The position numbers were made by a program, and so were the translations under genes. 32,000 nt of DNA from Methylorubrum extorquens (GTDB taxonomy: Bacteria; Pseudomonadota; Alphaproteobacteria; Rhizobiales; Beijerinckiaceae). The stretch is taken from positions 3,360,001 through 3,392,000 of the forward strand of contig LT962688.1 of assembly GCA_900234795.1 (NCBI GenBank). Reading direction: 5' to 3'. Below are positions 1-9,448 of this stretch, in pieces. Position 1 is the first letter of the stretch. The number at the start of each line of letters is the position of its first letter. The notes under the pieces were generated by a model. That model searched no databases. It had not been told where the DNA came from and saw nothing but the letters and a program-made list of their open reading frames with translations.

Positions 1-1095
1 TCGCTCGATCCGCATTCGAGCTACATGGACGCGAAAGCCTTCCGCGACATGCAGACGACGACGAAGGGCGAGTTCGGTGGTCTCGGCATCGAGGTCACCA
101 TGGAGGATGGCCTGATCAAGGTCGTCTCGCCGATCGACGACACGCCCGCCTCCAAGGCCGGCCTGCTCGCCAACGACATCATCACCCAGATCGACGAGGA
201 TCAGGTCCAGGGCCTGACCCTGAACCAGGCCGTCGACAAGATGCGCGGCCCCGTGAACTCCACGGTGAAGCTGAAGATCTCCCGCAAGGAGGCCAAGGAG
301 CCGCTCGACGTCTCGCTGACGCGCGACGTCATCAAGATCCGCCCCGTGCGCTCGAAGGTCGAGAGCGGCGATGTCGGCTATGTCCGCCTGACCCAGTTCA
401 ACGAGCAGACCTACGACGGCCTTAAGACGGCGATCGACAAGCTCCAGGGCGAGATCGGCGGCGACAAGCTGAAGGGCTTCGTGCTCGATCTGCGCAACAA
501 TCCCGGCGGCCTGCTCGATCAGGCGGTGATGGTCTCCGACGCCTTCCTCGACCGTGGCGAGATCGTCTCGACCCGCGGCCGCAACCCGGACGAGACCCAG
601 CGCTTCTCCGCCAAGGCCGGCGATCTGGCCAAGGGCAAGCCGATCGTGGTGCTCGTGAACGGCGGCGCGGCCTCAGCCTCCGAGATCGTGGCCGGCGCCC
701 TGCAGGATCACAAGCGCGCGACCATCATGGGCACGCGCTCCTTCGGCAAGGGTTCGGTGCAGTCGATCATTCCGCTCGGCGGCCAGGGCGCCCTGCGCCT
801 CACTACCGCGCGCTACTACACGCCGTCCGGCCGCTCGATCCAGGCGAAGGGCATCGAGCCGGATCAGGAGGTGCTGCAGGAGGTGCCCGACGATCTGAAG
901 GGCAAGGACGAGACCAAGGGCGAGGCCGGCCTGAAGGGTCACCTCAAGCAGAAGGACACCGAGGAGCGCGGTGGATCCTCGGCCTACATCCCGCCGGATC
1001 CGGCCAAGGACAAGCAGCTCATCGCCGCGGTCGATTTCCTGCACGGCATCCAGAAGGGTGCGGCCAACGTGACGAAGCCGGCCACGCAGAACTGA
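1..1095 (+). CDS. ctpA: C-terminal processing (tail-specific) peptidase, S41 family; 5' end lies outside the window
   Basis: Frame 1 is open from base 1 (SLDPHSSYMD...), so the ATG at 25 is internal. PDZ-like segment (GLGIEV..., KAGLLANDIITQIDE) is followed by the S41 core (FVLDLRNNPGGLL, VVLVNGGAASASEIVAGALQD, RSFGKGSVQ, RYYTPSGRSIQ). Stop at 1093-1095. Confidence 0.9.
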   Translation, partial: SLDPHSSYMDAKAFRDMQTTTKGEFGGLGIEVTMEDGLIKVVSPIDDTPASKAGLLANDIITQIDEDQVQGLTLNQAVDKMRGPVNSTVKLKISRKEAKEPLDVSLTRDVIKIRPVRSKVESGDVGYVRLTQFNEQTYDGLKTAIDKLQGEIGGDKLKGFVLDLRNNPGGLLDQAVMVSDAFLDRGEIVSTRGRNPDETQRFSAKAGDLAKGKPIVVLVNGGAASASEIVAGALQDHKRATIMGTRSFGKGSVQSIIPLGGQGALRLTTARYYTPSGRSIQAKGIEPDQEVLQEVPDDLKGKDETKGEAGLKGHLKQKDTEERGGSSAYIPPDPAKDKQLIAAVDFLHGIQKGAANVTKPATQN

Positions 1096-1105
1096 TTGGG
1101 CCGGC

Positions 1106-1127
1106 CCGCGGCGGGCATCCGCCGCGG
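1106..1127 (+). terminator. Possible intrinsic terminator hairpin after ctpA
   Basis: Perfect 9-bp GC stem ccgcggcgg / ccgccgcgg with loop gcat, 11 nt after the ctpA stop. Only a weak T tract follows (tgtt). Confidence 0.35.
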
Positions 1128-1222
1128 TGTTAGCGAAAGATTAACCATGACGGCCCGCAATACCGGTTCAGACCGGGGTTGCGGGCCGTTTCTCGTTGAA
1201 GGCCGCGCCCGGTCGTCCGAGC

Positions 1223-2452
1223 ATGGGCCAACAGGCAGGACGGCGGGTGAGCGACGCGGCCGACGACATCCTGACGAAGCCTCTCGGTGTCGCGGACAAA
1301 GCGGCCCGTCCGCGCTTTGCCGTGCGCCCGTCCGCAGGCGCGGCGGTGGGCGTCGGTGCGCTAGTCGTGGCCCTGCTCGCCGGCGGCATCGCCCTCACCG
1401 GTGATCCCCGCGGCGGCGAGCCTCGGGCGCAGGCGCTCATCGAGATCCGCGAGGCCCCGGCCTCCGTCCCCCGCATCGCCGACGCCGCACCGCCCGCTGC
1501 GAAAGGACCGGCCCAGTCCGCCAGCGAGGTCGAGCAGGCCTCCGGCGTCAGCGTGTTCCGCCCCGACGGTTCGACGGCCCCCGATGCGCCGGTGATCATC
1601 CGCGTCCCGAACGCCGCCCAGGTGAAGCTCGCGCCGGCCCCCGATGCACGCCTGACCGAGCGCGGGCGCCACGGCCCCCTGCCCCGGATCGGCGAAGGGC
1701 GGCTGCGGCCGCTCGACGTTTATGCCCGCCCGGACGAGCCCGGCACCGGACCGCGCATCGCCGTCCTCGTCTCCGGTCTCGGCATCGGCGAGATGGCCAC
1801 CCTCGGCGCCATCGCCCGGCTTCCCGCCGCGGTGAGCCTTGCGCTCTCGCCCTACGGCACCGACCTCGAAAAGACCGCGGCCCGCGCCCGCGAGGCCGGC
1901 CACGAGATCCTGCTCCAACTGCCGATGGAGCCGTTCGACTATCCCGACAGCGATCCCGGTCCGCAGACGCTCCTGGCCTCGGCCCGCCCCGGCGAGAACC
2001 TCGACCGGGCCGCCTGGGCGATGAGCCGGTTTCCGGGATTCGTCGGGGCCGTGAACTTCATGGGCGCCAAGCTGATGAGCGAGGCCGGGGCGCTGGAACC
2101 GGTGCTGAAGGATCTGTCCGCCCGCGGCCTCGGCTTCGTCGATGACGGCGCGGCGCCCGGCACCCAGGTCGCGACCGTCGCGGCGAAGACCAAGCTGCCA
2201 TCCGTGCGGGCCGAGATCGTGATCGACGCCGTCGCGCGGCCCGATGCGATCGACGCGGAACTCGCCCGCCTGGAGACTCTGGCCCGGCAGAAAGGCCTGG
2301 TGCTGGCCTCTTCCAGCGCCTCGCCGTTGACGATCGAGCGCCTGTCGCGCTGGTCGCGCGATCTTGAGGCACGCGGCATCCGGCTCGTGCCGGTAAGCGC
2401 GATCCTGCGCCGCCCCGGCGGCGTCTCCAAGCTGTCGAGCGCAGCGCCTTAG
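1223..2452 (+). CDS. Divergent polysaccharide deacetylase family protein (YibQ-like), N-terminal membrane anchor
   Basis: ORF 1196..2452. One TM helix (VGVGALVVALLAGGIALTG), a Pro/Ala-rich linker, then a ~250-aa domain (RIAVLVSGLG, LSPYG, HEILLQLPMEPFDYPDSDPGP) typical of the YibQ-type family that follows ctpA in alphaproteobacteria. Start is uncertain: TTG 1196 or ATG 1223. Confidence 0.75.
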   Translation: MGQQAGRRVSDAADDILTKPLGVADKAARPRFAVRPSAGAAVGVGALVVALLAGGIALTGDPRGGEPRAQALIEIREAPASVPRIADAAPPAAKGPAQSASEVEQASGVSVFRPDGSTAPDAPVIIRVPNAAQVKLAPAPDARLTERGRHGPLPRIGEGRLRPLDVYARPDEPGTGPRIAVLVSGLGIGEMATLGAIARLPAAVSLALSPYGTDLEKTAARAREAGHEILLQLPMEPFDYPDSDPGPQTLLASARPGENLDRAAWAMSRFPGFVGAVNFMGAKLMSEAGALEPVLKDLSARGLGFVDDGAAPGTQVATVAAKTKLPSVRAEIVIDAVARPDAIDAELARLETLARQKGLVLASSSASPLTIERLSRWSRDLEARGIRLVPVSAILRRPGGVSKLSSAAP

Positions 2453-2814
2453 GACATCGCCCGAACGGCCTTTGCCGGGATCGGAATGACGGCGATCCGA
2501 AATCAATCATCCGAGCGGATCGGCCTGGAGACGGTCCAATCCGCGGAATTCGTCGCCGTGATATCGACCTGAGCCCGCCGCCGAGTACCAGCCGCGACAC
2601 GCTTGCCCTGCCTTCTCGGCGCATGGGACACGCGCAGATTGAAGCCAAAAAACAGCTTATGTCAGTTTTCATTCCGCCACAAAACGTACAACAATTTTAA
2701 TCCCATTCCTCCCCGCGAAATCGCATAAACAATTCGTGATCCGGTAAGTGTTTCCGGGCCAGGATCCGGCCGCTCGCTCAGCAAATTCGCGCGCCGTTCC
2801 TGTCGGAGTCCTCC

Positions 2815-4503
2815 GTGTCGCTCCAAACACTTCCCATTCGCAGCAAGCTCATCGCTTCATTCACGGTGCTGACGATCCTTCTCGTCAGCTTAGGGGTTCT
2901 GGGCCTCGTCGGAACGCAGACGATGCGCGACCAAGCGCTCGATATCGAACGCAATTGGCTTCCCAGCGTGCGCCTGCTCGGCGAGATCGACACGGCGGCG
3001 GCGCGGATGAACACCGTGATGCTGCGGCATACGCAAGCGACCGACCCGCAGATGGTGTCCGCGATGGACAAGGACTTCGAGCGCTTCGGCAAGCTGATCG
3101 ACGACAAGCGGGCGGCCTACGAACGTCTCATCGCGAATGCCGAGGAGCGGGCGCTCTACGAGACCTATGTGCGGGATACCGCGACCTTCGAGACCGAACG
3201 GCGCAACGTGATGGACCTGTCGCGCCAGGGCCGGAAGGCGGACGCTTTCTCCTACTACGAGTCGAAGGGTCTCGCGCCGCGCCGGGCCATGTCGAATTCG
3301 CTGGAGAAGCTGGTCAATTTCAACAATGAGGGCGCCGCCCGCGCGATGGCGGCGGGCGAGGCCGTGTTCCAGCAGGTGCGGACGATCGGCCTTGCCGTCC
3401 TCGCCCTCGGGCTCGGCCTCGCGGTCCTGCTCGCGGTCCTGATCACCCGCGGCGTGACCCGCGGCATCGCCTCCGTGGTCGGGCCGATGCAGGCGCTGGC
3501 CGCGGGCGACCTTTCGGTCACGATCCCGCACCAGGGCCAGCGGACCGAGATCGGCACGATCGCCGACGCGGTTCAGATCTTCAAGGCGGGGCTGATCCGC
3601 ATGCGCACTCTCGAAGAGGAGAGCGCCGCGGCCCGCGCCGGGGCGGAGGCACAGCGCAAGGCGGCGATGCGCGAGATGGCGGAGCGGTTCGAGGGTGCGG
3701 TCGGCGGCGTCGTCAGCCTCGTCTCGTCGGCTGCAGCCCAGTTGCAGGCCTCGGCGCACGGCATGACCGGTGCCGCGACCCGGACCGCCGGCCAGTCGGT
3801 CAGCGTGGCCGCCGCGGCCGAGGAAGCCGCCACCAACGTCAACACCGTGGCGGCGGCCGCCGAGGAACTGGGCGCCTCGGTGCAGGAGATCGGCCGGCAG
3901 GTCAGCGGCTCCTCGACACTCGCCCAGGCGGCGGTGGGAGAGGCGGCGCAGACGGCGGCCCATGTCCGGGCGCTCAGCGCGGCCGTCTCCAAGATCGGCG
4001 ACGTCGTCACCATGATCACCACGATCGCCGGGCAGACCAACCTGCTCGCGCTCAACGCCACCATCGAGGCGGCCCGCGCGGGCGAGGCAGGCCGCGGCTT
4101 CGCGGTGGTGGCCGCCGAGGTCAAGGAGCTCGCCAACCAGACTGCACGGGCGACCGAGGAGATCTCCGGCCAGATCGGCCGCATTCAGGAGACCACCGGC
4201 CACGCGGTCTCGGCCATCGGCAGCATCACCGGGCGCATCGAGGAGATCAGTTCGGTGGCCGCTTCGATCGCCGCGGCGGTGGAGCAGCAGGGTGCAGCGA
4301 CCCAGGAGATCGTGCGCAACGTCGCCCAGGCGGCGATGGGTGCGGGCGAGGTGACGAGCAACATCACGGGCGTGGCGCAGGCCGCCGAGGAAGCCGGGGC
4401 AACCGCAGCCGAAGTGCTCGCCGCCTCTTCCGAACTGTCGCGCCAGTCCGAGCACCTCTCGGCGGAAGTCGACCGCTTCCTCGCGAACGTGCGCGCCGCC
4501 TGA
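2815..4503 (+). CDS. Methyl-accepting chemotaxis protein (4-helix-bundle sensor, HAMP, MA signalling domain)
   Basis: 562-aa ORF with GTG start and GGAG 8 nt upstream. Two TM segments flank a ~160-aa periplasmic helical domain. A HAMP region follows, then the invariant MCP signalling hairpin [40 protein letters not shown]. Confidence 0.92.
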   Translation: MSLQTLPIRSKLIASFTVLTILLVSLGVLGLVGTQTMRDQALDIERNWLPSVRLLGEIDTAAARMNTVMLRHTQATDPQMVSAMDKDFERFGKLIDDKRAAYERLIANAEERALYETYVRDTATFETERRNVMDLSRQGRKADAFSYYESKGLAPRRAMSNSLEKLVNFNNEGAARAMAAGEAVFQQVRTIGLAVLALGLGLAVLLAVLITRGVTRGIASVVGPMQALAAGDLSVTIPHQGQRTEIGTIADAVQIFKAGLIRMRTLEEESAAARAGAEAQRKAAMREMAERFEGAVGGVVSLVSSAAAQLQASAHGMTGAATRTAGQSVSVAAAAEEAATNVNTVAAAAEELGASVQEIGRQVSGSSTLAQAAVGEAAQTAAHVRALSAAVSKIGDVVTMITTIAGQTNLLALNATIEAARAGEAGRGFAVVAAEVKELANQTARATEEISGQIGRIQETTGHAVSAIGSITGRIEEISSVAASIAAAVEQQGAATQEIVRNVAQAAMGAGEVTSNITGVAQAAEEAGATAAEVLAASSELSRQSEHLSAEVDRFLANVRAA

Positions 4504-4534
4504 ACTGTACCTCGAAAACGACAGAGAAATTCGT

Positions 4535-4567
4535 GGGCGCGGCCGAGGCCGCGCCCATGCTCGTTTT
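4535..4567 (+). terminator. Intrinsic terminator after the MCP gene
   Basis: gggcgcggcc-(ga)-ggccgcgccc GC hairpin 32 nt after the stop, followed by atgctcgtttt. Confidence 0.5.
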
Positions 4568-4647
4568 ACGGCCTCAGATGGGGGTTAGGTCGGCGTTGCC
4601 CGCACCGGTTCGGCCTCCTATGGTCGCGCCGCCAGCATGAGCCCGCG

Positions 4648-5235
4648 ATGACCCGCCCCGACGACGACCTCCTGCGCCTGCCCGAGGGCAGCGCGCTGCC
4701 CTACCGCCCCTGCGTGGGCGTGACCCTGTTTCATCGCGACGGCCGCGTCTTCATCGGCCGGCGCAAGCGCGAGGCGGGCCCCGAGCATGTCGACGGCGAT
4801 CTCGCGTGGCAGATGCCGCAGGGCGGGATCGACGAGGGGGAAGAGCCCCTCGCCGCGGCCCTGCGCGAACTCCACGAGGAGACCAACGTGCCGGCCGACG
4901 CCGTCACGCTGCTCGGCGAAACCCGCGACTGGCTCGCCTACGACCTGCCGCCGGCGGTGATGAAGCAGGCCTGGAAGGGCCGCTACCGCGGCCAGCGCCA
5001 GAAATGGTTCGCCTTTGGCCTCACCGGCGACGAATCGGCGATCGATGTCGACGCCCCCGGCGGCGGCCATCACAAGCCCGAATTCGAGGCGTGGCGCTGG
5101 GAGCGGCTGGAGGCGCTGCCGGACCTCATCGTCCCCTTCAAGCGTCCGGTCTACGAGGGCGTCGTCGCGGCCTTCTCCGGGCTGACGGGCTGGCATGGCG
5201 CCGGGGACAATGGGACCGGGGACAACCCGGCATGA
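4648..5235 (+). CDS. rppH: RNA pyrophosphohydrolase (Nudix)
   Basis: YRPCVGV..., Nudix box [23 protein letters not shown], then QRQKWF and EF..WRW, all characteristic of RppH/NudH (IalA-like). Confidence 0.9.
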   Translation: MTRPDDDLLRLPEGSALPYRPCVGVTLFHRDGRVFIGRRKREAGPEHVDGDLAWQMPQGGIDEGEEPLAAALRELHEETNVPADAVTLLGETRDWLAYDLPPAVMKQAWKGRYRGQRQKWFAFGLTGDESAIDVDAPGGGHHKPEFEAWRWERLEALPDLIVPFKRPVYEGVVAAFSGLTGWHGAGDNGTGDNPA

Positions 5236-5262
5236 TCCAACCGCGCATCCGCGGCTGATCCG

Positions 5263-5919
5263 ATGCGGTGGTGGCTCATTCCCCTTCTCGCGGTGGCGGC
5301 TTGGTTCGCCTACACGCTGACGCCGTTCTGGTCGCTCTACGGCTTCGCCGCGGCGGTGCAGGCGGGTGATGCGGCGGCGGTGGAGCAGCGCGTCAACTTC
5401 CGCACGCTGCGCCTTTCGCTCGCCCGGCAGATCAGTGCGGCCGTCAAGGCCGACAGCAACGCCCTCGATCCCCGCGAGCGGCAGCGCATCGCCGACGCGG
5501 CGGCAGCCGTTGCGCTCCCGATCATGGAATCGGCGCTGACGCCGAAAGCGGTGATCGACCTCCTCGACGATGGCTGGCCGCAGGGCGCCGACCTCGCCGC
5601 ACCGGCCGGCCGGCATGAGCGGCGCGACGGCCTGCGTATCCCCGATCTCAAGCGGCTGCTGCGCTACTATCTCGCCGCCGATATGCGCGGCTTCCGCTCC
5701 GTGCTGGTGGCCGTGCCGCCGGACCGCCCCCGCCACGAGCAGTTCCGCATCCGCCTGCGCCTGCGCGACTGGGGCTGGCGCCTCGTCGATATCGAGCTGT
5801 CCGACGACCTGCGCCGCCGGATCGGCGAGAAGGCCGCCGCCGCCGCCGCTCGGCTGCGCGACGGCCGCACGAACCCCGACAAGACCGGACCGGATGCCTC
5901 CCCGCATCGCGAGCCGTGA
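5263..5919 (+). CDS. DUF2939 domain-containing membrane-anchored protein
   Basis: 218-aa ORF with an N-terminal TM helix (WWLIPLLAVAAWFAY). The segment TPFWSLYGFAAAVQAGDAAAVEQRVNFRTLRLSL resembles the DUF2939 signature. The family call is from memory only. Confidence 0.6.
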   Translation: MRWWLIPLLAVAAWFAYTLTPFWSLYGFAAAVQAGDAAAVEQRVNFRTLRLSLARQISAAVKADSNALDPRERQRIADAAAAVALPIMESALTPKAVIDLLDDGWPQGADLAAPAGRHERRDGLRIPDLKRLLRYYLAADMRGFRSVLVAVPPDRPRHEQFRIRLRLRDWGWRLVDIELSDDLRRRIGEKAAAAAARLRDGRTNPDKTGPDASPHREP

Positions 5920-5985
5920 GCGACCCGGTCGCACGCCCACGAAAGACCCTGGCTTTTAATCCTTCGCTCCATAGGTGAACCGCCA

Positions 5986-6093
5986 CGAGAGCCGTTTCCG
6001 ACCTGATGGCATCAGGCCGGCGTCTCTCGGTCTTCCGTTTCAACGCGCTTTCCTTCGCCGAACCGGCATCCACTTCGTCGGAAAGCGCTCTGA
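5986..6093 (+). repeat. ~108-bp MITE/REP-like intergenic element, copy A (kup leader)
   Basis: Aligns by hand to 9449-9555 in the same orientation, with about 90 of 108 positions identical and one 1-nt indel. Imperfect terminal inverted repeats (gagccgtttccgac / gtcggaaagcgctc). Internal hairpins: cctgat-ggc-atcagg and a weaker one (6 of 7 pairs) cgccgaa..ttcgtcg. Confidence 0.8.
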
Positions 6094-6118
6094 CGGCCCC
6101 GCTTTCCGGAGCACATTC

Positions 6119-8047
6119 GTGAGCCAGCCCGCCGCCCTGCCCTCGGAAGCGAGCCGATCGGAGTCCGGGCCGGGCCGCCGCCTCGGGGCGGGCCTGCTGA
6201 TCGCCACCCTCGGTGTCGTCTACGGCGATATCGGCACGAGCCCGCTCTACGCCCTCAAGGAGGCGGTGCGCGCCGCGAGTCCGGGCGGTGATCCGAGCCC
6301 GGTCGCGGTGACCGGCGCCGTCTCGCTGATCCTGTGGGCGCTGATCCTCGTCGTCTCGCTGAAATACGCGGTGCTGATCCTGCGGGCCGACAACCGTGGC
6401 GAGGGCGGCATCGTGGCGATGCTGGCGCTGCTCGGCGCCCGCCACGCCCAACCCGGCTCGCGGCAGGCGCTGCTGCTCGTGGTCGGCCTCGTCGGCGCCG
6501 CCCTGCTCTACGGCGACGGGGCGATCACCCCGGCGATCTCGGTGCTCTCGGCGGTCGAGGGCCTGCGGGTCGATGCGCCCGCCCTCGACCGCTTCATCGT
6601 GCCGATCACGCTGGTGATCCTCGTCGGCCTATTTTTCGTCCAGCGCCGGGGCGCGGCCTTCATCGGCAAGATCTTCGGGCCGGTGATGCTGGTCTGGTTT
6701 CTCGTGCTGGCCGCACTCGGCCTCTGCGGCATCGTGCAGGCGCCGCAGATCCTGGCGGCGGTCAATCCGCTGCGCGCGGTCGAGTTCACGGCGCATGCCG
6801 GCCTGCATGTCGGCTTCACGATGCTGGGCGCGGCCTTCCTCGCGGTCACCGGCGGCGAGGCGATGTATGCCGATCTCGGCCATTTCGGCGCGCGGGCGAT
6901 CCGTGTCGCGTGGTTCGTCCTCGTTCTGCCGGCGCTGGTGGTCCACTATTTCGGGCAGGGCGCGATCCTGCTGGTCGATCCGTCCGCGGCCGAGAACCCG
7001 TTCTACCGCCTCGCGCCGAGCGTCCTGCACTACCCGCTGATCGGGCTGGCGACGCTCGCCGCCGTCATCGCCTCGCAGGCGGTGATCTCGGGCGTGTTCT
7101 CGCTGACCCGGCAATCGATCCAGCTCGGCTTCCTGCCGCCGCTGCACATCGTCCACACCGCCTCCGATGAGAGCGGCCAGATCTACGTGCCGCTGGTGAA
7201 CTGGCTGCTCGCCGCCGCCACGCTCTCGGCCGTCCTGATCTTCCGCTCCTCCGACGCGCTGGCCGGGGCCTACGGCATCGCCGTGTCGCTGCTGATGGCG
7301 ATCACGACCCTGCTCGCCGGCCTCGTCGCCCGCAAATGGGGCTTCGGCCTGCCCCTCGTGCTCGCGGTCAACGGCTTCTTCCTCGTGATCGACCTGATCT
7401 TCCTCTCGGCCAACAGCGTGAAGCTGTTCGAGGGCGGCTGGTTTCCGCTGCTGCTGGCGGGCATCATCGCCTTCCTGATGCTGACCTGGCGCAAGGGCCA
7501 GCTCTGCCTGGAACAGGCGCGCGTGGACCTGCGCCCGCCGGAGGCGCGCTTCCTGGAGAGCCTGCGCCACGATCCGCCGACGACCCTGCCGGGCTCGGCC
7601 GCCTTCCTGTCCTCGGCGACCGAGGGCATTCCGCTGCCGATGATGCGCTTCGTCCAGCGCCTGGGCGCGCTCCATGCCCGGGTGCTGATCGTGACCGCTT
7701 TGTTCGAGGAAACGCCGACCGTGCCGCGCGAAGAGCGCGCCCGCGTCACCGAGATCACCCCCGACATCCGCCGCGTGGTGCTGCATTACGGCTTCATGCA
7801 ATCGGCCTCGATTCCCGAGGGGCTGGATTGCGCCGTCGGCGCCGGCCTCCTGCCGAAGGCGTTCGCGGAGGATCTCACCGTCTTCGTCGGCCACGAGACG
7901 ATCATCCCCGTCTCCGACCAGCGGGGCATGTCGGATTGGCGCGAGGCGGTCTTCGCGGTGATGCAGAACAACGCCGAGCGCACCGGCGCCCATTTCTGCG
8001 TGCCGGCGCGGCAGGTGATCGAGATCGGCACCGAGATCGAGATTTGA
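6119..8047 (+). CDS. kup: Potassium uptake transporter Kup (KUP/HAK/KT family)
   Basis: Motifs GVVYGDIGTSPLYALKE, RADNRGEGGI and GGEAMYADLGHFG, about 12 TM segments and a cytoplasmic C-terminal domain. The track ORF starts at 5975, but its first 48 codons are the repeat element. The in-frame GTG at 6119 is the first start after it. Confidence 0.9.
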   Translation: MSQPAALPSEASRSESGPGRRLGAGLLIATLGVVYGDIGTSPLYALKEAVRAASPGGDPSPVAVTGAVSLILWALILVVSLKYAVLILRADNRGEGGIVAMLALLGARHAQPGSRQALLLVVGLVGAALLYGDGAITPAISVLSAVEGLRVDAPALDRFIVPITLVILVGLFFVQRRGAAFIGKIFGPVMLVWFLVLAALGLCGIVQAPQILAAVNPLRAVEFTAHAGLHVGFTMLGAAFLAVTGGEAMYADLGHFGARAIRVAWFVLVLPALVVHYFGQGAILLVDPSAAENPFYRLAPSVLHYPLIGLATLAAVIASQAVISGVFSLTRQSIQLGFLPPLHIVHTASDESGQIYVPLVNWLLAAATLSAVLIFRSSDALAGAYGIAVSLLMAITTLLAGLVARKWGFGLPLVLAVNGFFLVIDLIFLSANSVKLFEGGWFPLLLAGIIAFLMLTWRKGQLCLEQARVDLRPPEARFLESLRHDPPTTLPGSAAFLSSATEGIPLPMMRFVQRLGALHARVLIVTALFEETPTVPREERARVTEITPDIRRVVLHYGFMQSASIPEGLDCAVGAGLLPKAFAEDLTVFVGHETIIPVSDQRGMSDWREAVFAVMQNNAERTGAHFCVPARQVIEIGTEIEI

Positions 8048-8054
8048 GGGGCGG

Positions 8055-8360
8055 CTACTCGTCCGCCTGCCCCTTGCCGGTCACCCGGAGCTGCGAGGCG
8101 ACGCATTCGCGGACCGCATCCTCGATCTTGGCCTTCTGCGAATTGGAGTAGCCCGCCACCTCGTCGATGCATTTGACGAAGTAGCCCGCGGTGAAACTCT
8201 CGTTGACCGACACGAACGACTTGCCGAAGCGGGTCGCGAGCTGGAGGCGATCCAGGGCCGAGCTCTGCTTCCAGGCCTCCAGCGTGTCGGTCATCGACAG
8301 GGCGCTGGCGGCACCGGGCACGAGGGTCGCGGCGAGGAACAGGGCGGAGAAGCGGCGCAT
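8055..8360 (-). CDS. Hypothetical small secreted protein (101 aa)
   Basis: Sec-type signal peptide MRRFSALFLAATLVPGAASALS, GGAGG Shine-Dalgarno upstream, two Cys in the mature part. I recognise no family. Confidence 0.55.
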   Translation of the reverse strand: MRRFSALFLAATLVPGAASALSMTDTLEAWKQSSALDRLQLATRFGKSFVSVNESFTAGYFVKCIDEVAGYSNSQKAKIEDAVRECVASQLRVTGKGQADE

Positions 8361-8571
8361 CGTACCAAAACCTCCCGAAGGTCTTTTCTGCTTTTTCCCG
8401 ATCTAATCTTCCGAACAATCCGCCTCGATCCTGCAATCGATCGGGAAATGTCGGATGATCTCGCCAGATAAACCCTTCGGGATTGCCGGACAGCCGAACA
8501 TCCGGATCGCTCTTCTTATTTTGCTCTGAGAGTTCTGCGAATCCCGGCTGCGATGAGCACGCCCGCTGACC

Positions 8572-9363
8572 TCACGGTCGCCAATCCGAAAACCCAGCCA
8601 CACGATGGATCAGGCACCGGTGGCGCGCGGTTTCGCCGAACGGAGCAAGCTCCCAGGTCCAGGCCCGCTCGGGGCTTCCAAGCGATACGCCGTAGAGAAG
8701 GTCGTGCCGCGCATGGACCTGCCCCGCTCGGTCCTCCTGGGTCTCGTCGGTATCGGTGACGAGGCAGACCTGCGCCGTGAACCCGGCCAGGGCGTTGAGA
8801 TGCCCCTCGACGATCCGCCGGCCGAAGGCGTCGCCGTCCTCTGGCGTCCAGGGCCCAAAGGGGCGGCGCGATGCCTCCAACCGCTCGACCGGGCGGATCG
8901 GCAGTTGCGAGAGCAGGTTGGCCGAGATGACGAGGCCGGTGCCCGGCTCGGCGCAGACCGGCGGCAGGCGGGGGTCGAGATCACGCGCTGCGCCGGTCAT
9001 CAGCGCTATCGCGCCGCTCAGATCCGCCGTCAGCGTCTCGACATTGGGATGGGCGCGGATCGCGCGCCGGGCGGGCGCGAGATGCACGGCATCGACCAGC
9101 ACCACCCGGCGGAAAGCCCCGGCGAGATCCGCCAACGGCACATCGAGCAGGAGCCCGGAGCCCAGCACCACGGCGGTGTCGCGCCGCTCGGTGGCGGCGA
9201 TGGCCGCGCGCATCACCGCCCGGCTCGCCTCCAGATGCGGCGCCCAGGCCCGGCGGCAGCGGCGGGCCCGCGACATCAGCCAGATGCTGTCGCGCAGGTA
9301 GCCGAGCCGGCGCTGGGCCCGCGGTACGGGCGTGGTGAGGAGATGCAGGAGATCGAGCAGCAC
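8572..9363 (-). CDS. Hypothetical protein (263 aa), possibly a Rossmann/methyltransferase-like fold
   Basis: GTG start with GGAGG 9 nt upstream. Gly-rich loop VVLGSGLLLDVP followed by VVLVDAVH looks like a nucleotide/SAM-binding beta-alpha-beta unit. I cannot assign a family by eye. Confidence 0.6.
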   Translation of the reverse strand: MLLDLLHLLTTPVPRAQRRLGYLRDSIWLMSRARRCRRAWAPHLEASRAVMRAAIAATERRDTAVVLGSGLLLDVPLADLAGAFRRVVLVDAVHLAPARRAIRAHPNVETLTADLSGAIALMTGAARDLDPRLPPVCAEPGTGLVISANLLSQLPIRPVERLEASRRPFGPWTPEDGDAFGRRIVEGHLNALAGFTAQVCLVTDTDETQEDRAGQVHARHDLLYGVSLGSPERAWTWELAPFGETARHRCLIHRVAGFSDWRP

Positions 9364-9448
9364 GGCGAAACCGCCTCCGGCAGCCGCCCTCCCCTGTCAA
9401 GGCATCCTCTTCTCTCGAAAGCCGGCCGCGACCCTTCGAGACGACGCG

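Noticed and set aside
2890-4455. 521-aa minus-strand ORF opposite the MCP gene, plus similar long antisense or off-frame ORFs (1361..2506, 4618..5940, 6629..7993, 10810..11931, 13738..14772, 14820..16148, 20552..21538, 24059..25135, 27091..28158, 27152..28129)
   Set aside because: All overlap genes with strong family signatures. Their products are Arg/Gly/Pro/Ala-rich low-complexity strings typical of stop-poor frames in ~70% GC DNA.
5975-6118. N-terminal 48 codons of the 690-aa Kup ORF
   Set aside because: This stretch is the repeated intergenic element (second copy at 9449-9555), not a conserved Kup sequence. The start was moved to GTG 6119.
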